64,000 nt of DNA from Novakomyces olei. Lineage: Eukaryota. Shown here in pieces: positions 58,251 to 64,000 of the stretch. Both the position numbers and the translations under genes were made by a program. Positions within the stretch are counted from its first letter, which is position 1. Every line of letters begins with the position of its first letter. The stretch lies in the NCBI GenBank assembly GCA_016906335.1, contig JADEYG010000015.1:372001-436000 (forward strand), given 5' to 3'. The notes under the pieces were generated by a model. That model searched no databases. It was not told the DNA's origin and saw only the letters and a list, made by a program, of their open reading frames with translations.

Positions 58251-59159
58251 CTATTCCCGAATCATCCGCAATTCCCATTCAGTCGGCTCTCGATGAAGTG
58301 AAATAGACTGAGCATCTAAAGTAGCATCCTTAACGCCCTTGATCGAATCACTCTGGGCTAGGAAAGATGACGAGACCGCGCTTTGATGGGCCAGAGAGTC
58401 GAATAATACCGTGTCAGTGTGAAACCTGTAGTTAGTTTTCCGTACTAATATCAAGCAAAGAGTCATATCGACCCAAAAAAAATACTCTGCAGAGAAATCA
58501 GTGACAGAGGTGTGACAAACGAATTCAGGAAGGCGAGAAAAAAGCAAAACATACTGTTCATAAGCTACCAAATTTAGACAATCACTGCGCTGAAAGCCAA
58601 ATTCTTTTTCAACAAAGCAATGTGCCAGAAATTTAAGTATGGCCGATACGGAGTAGCTTTCATTCGGAAAAGCCCACTCGTACGAGAACCGTCCTGAACG
58701 GCTATCCACGAGTGGATGGTATGGCTGTTCCCGTAATATTATGCTTGGCAACTGTGAATCCAAGTCACTCGCGAACCGGATCCAGAACTGAAACCGGGCA
58801 CCTTTGTAAACGCCTTGAATAGATGAGTACTTGTTCTAGTCTCAAAATACAGGGGGGATCCAAAGTGTGGCTAACAACGACGGCAACAGTAATCAAGTAA
58901 AATCCCCAAGATCAAGTAAAGTCCTACCACTGCGCACAAACAACACTCCGCACCAAACTTTTCTCAATCAGCGTGCGACAAAAAGTAACGTACTGTCGTG
59001 ATGTTTTCGAGATGGCACAACGTATATTCCCTCCGTCGTCTGCCATTTTACTTGAAGAGACTTTCTATACAACGACACGGTTAGCGAAGCGTTTAATGTA
59101 ACACGCATGTCTTACAGCTCTGTCAGCAAGCGAAGACGGCGATCAATATTTTGGGGCAT
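58251..59159 (-). CDS. FTS/AKTIP-like ubiquitin-conjugating enzyme variant (5 exons)
   Basis: Spliced translation LLTELKSL..EGIYVVPS..IWCGVLFVRSGVYKGARFQF..YHPLVDSRSG; no catalytic Cys after the HP motif. Confidence 0.8.
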
Positions 59160-59420
59160 TATTCCCCACAGTGGTGCCGACAGTTTGTGATGTACGCGAC
59201 TCTAATGTGATTTATTGTATGTAAATAAGATTGTATCGTTTATATATCGACATTACTATAAGGGCATTATTCGTATGACAATATTCATATATCGATATTT
59301 TTCCCGATATTTTTCCCGATATTTTAGCCATTATTTAACGTATATACGGCAGAGATAATCACTGTATTTCCGTCACCCCAGATTAACATTGCCAGCCGGC
59401 TGATTTCATTTTCTATCAAT

Positions 59421-59958
59421 ATGAGCCAGACAATATGGCAGTTTGGATGCCTTTCCGGTAGGAAACATATCCCAAAGAATTGCTGCTGACAATAAGGCCT
59501 TGTCGGTGTAGGAATGGGTGCTATTGGAGCGCACGCTCTGCAGAAACGCGTGGATGATCCTCATTTGATAAAGGTATTATTGCCAAATCATAAAAGGCTG
59601 CAAAAAAGGTTTTATTAACTGTAAAGGCCTGGGAGACCGCGTCGCATTATCTGCTCTTTCACAGCCCAGCGCTGATGGCCGTCTCGCTACACCCGCGATA
59701 TTCCTCCAAAATTTCTGGTAAACTCTGACTTGCAACCGACTCTTTCTGTTTGGCTACGCCATTGTTATTTTCTTTTACAATTGTAGTTTTATATACTGAG
59801 TGCAAGGCTATTTGATTGCCACGGGCGTGACCTTGTTCAGTGGTAGCATATATGGCCTCGTGGCCCTTCGCGGGACGAAATGGACAAAGGTTCTAGGGCC
59901 AGTTACTCCTATTGGCGGCATGATATTATTGGCAGGATGGGGCACACTTTTGTTTTGA
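59421..59958 (+). CDS. TMEM256/DUF423 small membrane protein (4 exons)
   Basis: Spliced translation MSQTIWQFGCLSGLVGVGMGAIGAHAL..AWETASHYLLFH..GVTLFSGSIY..LGPVTPIGGMILLAGW. Absent from the ORF track. Confidence 0.92.
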
Positions 59959-60299
59959 AGCGTAGTATTAAATAGCAATTTGGTGAGGTCTCTATAGTTC
60001 CAAGGCCCGTATATAACAAAGGGGTTGGCTTATTCGTATGTTTTTACAAAGTGAAAAAGAAAAATGAATACAATTTAAAAACGATTGTAAAGCGCAAACC
60101 AAGCCAGCAATTACAAGATTTCAATTCATGCAGGATAAAGTACGTATATACTAGGATAAAATAAACAAAAACGTACATCAATCAAACAAAACAATATGAA
60201 AATATAATTATGTAAAAATACAAGTCGCCTTATCCATCCTGGCCGTACAACTATTCGCCCAGTCATTCCATCCAGCAAAATCTTTACCATCGACTCGGC

Positions 60300-61349
60300 T
60301 CAATTTGCATCCTTGCTGTCTTCGTTATTTTCTTCCCTATCGTCATGGTGATTAATTTCCCTACTATCGTCCAGGTTTTCTTCTCTATTGTCGCCATCCC
60401 GTGTCTCAGTCTTGGAGTCATGATCGCTATCTCGGCCGGCAAGCGAGCTCCTGCTACGACCAGCGCCCGTACTAAACCCGGAAACATTACGCAAGCTAGA
60501 CCCTCCTGCCGGAGCATTATGTGCACGGAATGAAAAGGCAGACACATTGTCGCTATTCGCATTGGAATGAGCACTGCTGCCACTCACGTTTCGTGAAAGT
60601 GGGGGCAATGCTCTGATCGACGCCGAGGTGTCGTGAGAATTGCGGCGATTCAGATTGTGTCTAATCTTGCTCGAAGAGGCAATGGTTAAGACACTAGCAT
60701 TATCATGCTGAGAGGGTAATAGCAGCTGCTGACGTCCTCCAAGCGCCGAGGTTGAGTGGCCACCGCCGGTAGCCATAGTCGTACTTGTTCCCGCGTCAGA
60801 ATTATCGTTTGGCGCATGAGGGGCCAGGAAAGTAGACGAAGGTGCTCGCTCAGAACTCGTAGGCGACGAAGCCAGATCGTCTCCATTGCCATCAGCAGAA
60901 AAGTTGCCATTTGATCTTGACTTTATAGAGGACTGGCCGGTGTAAACGTCGACCGGATCACTCTTAAACTCGGTACGGGTCCCAGTGTTTGCGCCAGTGT
61001 TTAGTGTAGAAAGAGTCTGGCAGCGAGAGACTGGCCTTGGACGGCCAAACTGTACGCTGGACGCATCAGATATAGTCTTGTGGTGTATCGAAGATGCTGG
61101 AGTTCCGTACGTTGAGCCAGCGGCCGGTCCGCTGAGTGTTCGGGTAGCATCTTCACTGCCGGCAGGGTTACTCTGTACGACGGGCACGCTTGACGCGGCC
61201 GAAGTACCATCAGAACTGGTATTCTTCCTGTAAAATTTGGACAGCCAGGCAAACGGCTTCTTGCTACGGGTTCCTGCACGGTTAGTAGACACAGGATTGG
61301 AGACAAAAGGCATACGTTCGACGCTGTTGGGCACGTCCACGTCCGCCAT
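60300..61349 (-). CDS. Ser/Thr-rich disordered protein of unknown function
   Basis: 349-aa ATG-initiated ORF containing the motif DNASVLTIASSSK..RRNSHDTSASIRALPP. Confidence 0.75.
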   Translation of the reverse strand: MADVDVPNSVERMPFVSNPVSTNRAGTRSKKPFAWLSKFYRKNTSSDGTSAASSVPVVQSNPAGSEDATRTLSGPAAGSTYGTPASSIHHKTISDASSVQFGRPRPVSRCQTLSTLNTGANTGTRTEFKSDPVDVYTGQSSIKSRSNGNFSADGNGDDLASSPTSSERAPSSTFLAPHAPNDNSDAGTSTTMATGGGHSTSALGGRQQLLLPSQHDNASVLTIASSSKIRHNLNRRNSHDTSASIRALPPLSRNVSGSSAHSNANSDNVSAFSFRAHNAPAGGSSLRNVSGFSTGAGRSRSSLAGRDSDHDSKTETRDGDNREENLDDSREINHHDDREENNEDSKDAN

Positions 61350-61500
61350 ATCGAATCAGCCTGCAATTCTGCCGTCAGCTCTAACTGCTTACAGCCCTCA
61401 AGACACGTTTAGCTTGAAGATAATTCAATCCGCACTGTCAGCAATCCAGAAAGAGACGATCGCAAAGCCGCTCATGCAACACCGATCCTTGTTGCGAGTG

Positions 61501-61802
61501 TGGAGTCGGTTGATCGCTGTGGATTTGTAGGCGCGTTACTTAAAGCACGCACGTACATTTAATATATTGCAATTTATAGGCATTATATCCAGGACATTGA
61601 TTATATGAGGCATTGATTACATGGAGACATTGATTATAAGGAGACACTAATTGGAGTCGGTTGATCGCTGTGGATTTGTAGGCGCGTTACTTAAAGCACG
61701 CACGTACATTTAATATATTGCAATTTATAGGCATTATATCCAGGACATTGATTATATGAGGCATTGATTACATGGAGACATTGATTATAAGGAGACACTA
61801 AT
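61501..61802. repeat. Perfect 151-bp direct tandem duplication with internal ~17-bp sub-repeats
   Basis: 61501-61651 is identical to 61652-61802. Confidence 0.95.
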
Positions 61803-62156
61803 TGTATGACATAATTACACAAAGATGGCTTGCGACATAATACCGCACAGTATGTTACTTACTGTACACCGGAATAAAATATGCTATCGCGGCAAAATTA
61901 CATAGGCAGTTGGACAAGTTGTATCTCGCTCCGGTGTACGTACCGAGGATATTCCGAGGCCATACTGAATATTTTACAATATATATTCACGCACAATTGA
62001 TTAATATATTGGCGATAGGAAAATTTAGACACGATTAGCCGTGACGAGCCAATCTCTCGCTATCTGTCAATATTTATTTTACGGGATTAGCAATAGAAAT
62101 AATTAGTATAATAATACACATAGTCTCTCCTACTGCCCTGCTAAGCGCCGGACAAG

Positions 62157-63361
62157 ATGACAGGCAAAAAGATTCTTTTGTGTGCCCCTATAAACTTTGC
62201 GAAATCGGCTCTTGCTGAGCTAGACGCAAAGTTTGGCGTCCATGTAAGCTTGTCCAAGTGCCTCCTTTTATATTTGTCGTTTTGCTTTGGTTGCTTGTAA
62301 TTGACATGCGTAGGTCATTAAAGCGACAAATCGCAAAGCTTTCCTTGAAGAGCTTCAATCCTCGGAATGTGCAGGTGCAGTAGTTTCCTACAGACCGCTT
62401 GATCTTATGGGGAAGTTTGGCCGATTTGACGAAGAGGTTATCAGCCATTTCCCTTCGACTCTCAAGTACATTGCCCACAATGGTGCTGGCTTTGACCAGA
62501 TTGATATTGCGGCAGCCAAGGCTAAGGGTACGTTGAACAAGGCGGCAAGCAACAGCGGTGCAAATACCATTTGGTGGTTGAGCAACTTACACAGAGAAAC
62601 AAAAGAATCAAGATTAACAAAAATTAACAAAATTAACCTAAATTTATAACTAAATTTATAAATCTAATTTAATTGCAGGCATTTCCGTGTCAAACACGCC
62701 ACAGGTGGTGAATGCCGCTACAGCTGACACTGCAGTATTTCTGCTGTTGGGCGCTTTGCGCAAATTCAACAGCGGCCTGGCTTCGTTACGCAAGGGAGTG
62801 TTCCGCCAACAATTCCAAATGGGCAATGACCCGTCGGGTAAGACGTTGGGAATTCTCGGTATGGGTGGCATTGGACGCGCTATTGCAGCCCGCGCAATGC
62901 CCTTTGGTCTCAAGGTCGTCTATCACAATCGCAAGCGCCTTCCCGCAGAAAAGGAAGGATCTGCTTCCTATGTTGATTCTTTTGATGAATTGCTATCAAC
63001 CGCAGATGTAATTAGTCTCAATTTGCCTCTGAACGCAAACACAAGACACATCATTGGAGCCAAGGAGTTTGCAAAGATGAAGGATGGCGTAGTGATTATC
63101 AACACGGCAAGAGGCCCTGTCATTGACGAAAAGGCTCTCGTCGATGCCCTGAACTCAGGGAAAGTTGCTGCTGCTGGCCTGGACGTGTACGAGCGCGAGC
63201 CTGAGGTGGAAAAGGGTCTTTTGGAGAACGAGAATTGTATTCTACTACCTCATGTTGGTACCGTCAGCTTGGAGACGCAAACGGCCTTGGAAGAGCTGGC
63301 ACTGGCCAACGTCAAGAACGCTTTGGAAGAAGGCAGTTTACTGACTCCTGTTTCTACTTAG
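62157..63361 (+). CDS. D-2-hydroxyacid dehydrogenase / glyoxylate reductase (3 exons)
   Basis: Motifs HNGAGFDQID, SNTP, GILGMGGIG, INTARG, GLDVYEREP and PHVG. Confidence 0.93.
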
Positions 63362-63550
63362 ATTTCTCTTTTCGTATGTGAATAGGAGACGTCCTGCAAA
63401 AGAATCTACTTTTTCCTTGTAAATTATGTTGCTTGGAAATAGTATAAAAAAATTAGTATTAATAGACGCTAAATTAAATTATTGACTAGTAAATTACTTA
63501 AATTATAGCGATGATTAATGGTATCCAATTTATATGTATTATTTATAGAG

Positions 63551-64000
63551 ATGAGGTTTATGGATGCCGCGTCAATCGCTTATCGAATACGGCAAAATCT
63601 GTCTAGCGAAGAGTCATGGCGTGTTTCACGAAGTGTAGAGTCTTTTGCGGCAAATATGCCTTCTGCTTCCTTTGCCGGTAATGCCAGTTTTACAGCACGT
63701 GAGCCTACCGCGAAGGAATACTTTGCGGAATACGTTTACAGTGAACGAGGGCAGCTGAAGCTCGGAGACAGTACGGTTCTGCCTGCTTCTAAGAAATACG
63801 TGTGGCGATTTAGCGATAAGGGACAAGATGCTGTTAATCAAGGGCTAAGTATATGGTTCGTTTCCAATGATGATGACGAGAGGACAATGGACCTATTTGT
63901 GTCACTGGATTTCTCCTTTTCCAAAAATACAAAAGGCTGTACAGACGCTTTTGTGGCGCGTGGACAACACCTTTGTGGGAACGACACGTACTCTACTGTG
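63551..64000 (+). CDS. DUF6314-like protein, 3' end beyond window edge
   Basis: Open frame from ATG 63551 to the edge: WRVSRSV, YVYSERG, ASKKYVWR, IWF, HLCGNDTY. Confidence 0.7.
   Translation, partial: MRFMDAASIAYRIRQNLSSEESWRVSRSVESFAANMPSASFAGNASFTAREPTAKEYFAEYVYSERGQLKLGDSTVLPASKKYVWRFSDKGQDAVNQGLSIWFVSNDDDERTMDLFVSLDFSFSKNTKGCTDAFVARGQHLCGNDTYSTV

Noticed and set aside
61501..61802. CRISPR-like array or LTR pair
   Set aside because: The copies are directly adjacent with no spacers, TG..CA ends, target-site duplication or internal ORF.

Overview
This is a gene-dense, intron-containing fungal chromosome segment, most likely a Taphrinomycotina-type ascomycete. That placement is inferred from the S. 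pombe Cnp1-like CENP-A, the GPI-anchored Aah-like amylase, the Pvg3-like GT31 and the short introns. About 32 protein-coding genes are supported, nearly all conserved housekeeping genes. A phytochrome runs off the left edge and a DUF6314 gene runs off the right edge. Several small multi-exon genes (cupin, TMEM256/DUF423, FTS/AKTIP, Loc1, Atx1, the Mso1 first exon) are missed or fragmented by the ORF track. Manual reading also shows non-coding genes: an unusually long (~550 nt) RNase MRP RNA head-to-head with RNR1, a compact H/ACA snoRNA whose pocket matches 25S rRNA U2314 (the S. cerevisiae snR86 site), and four weaker H/ACA-like candidates, several beside long simple-repeat arrays. Other oddities are a PASDIP-to-PMTDIP change in the phytochrome, (TTAGGG)4 inside the Crz1 CDS plus promoter telo-boxes, frequent AAG/GAG splice acceptors and a perfect 151-bp tandem duplication. 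I saw no transposon, tRNA, rRNA or CRISPR array. I cannot demonstrate a new multi-gene system; the best leads are the ncRNAs and the phytochrome variant.
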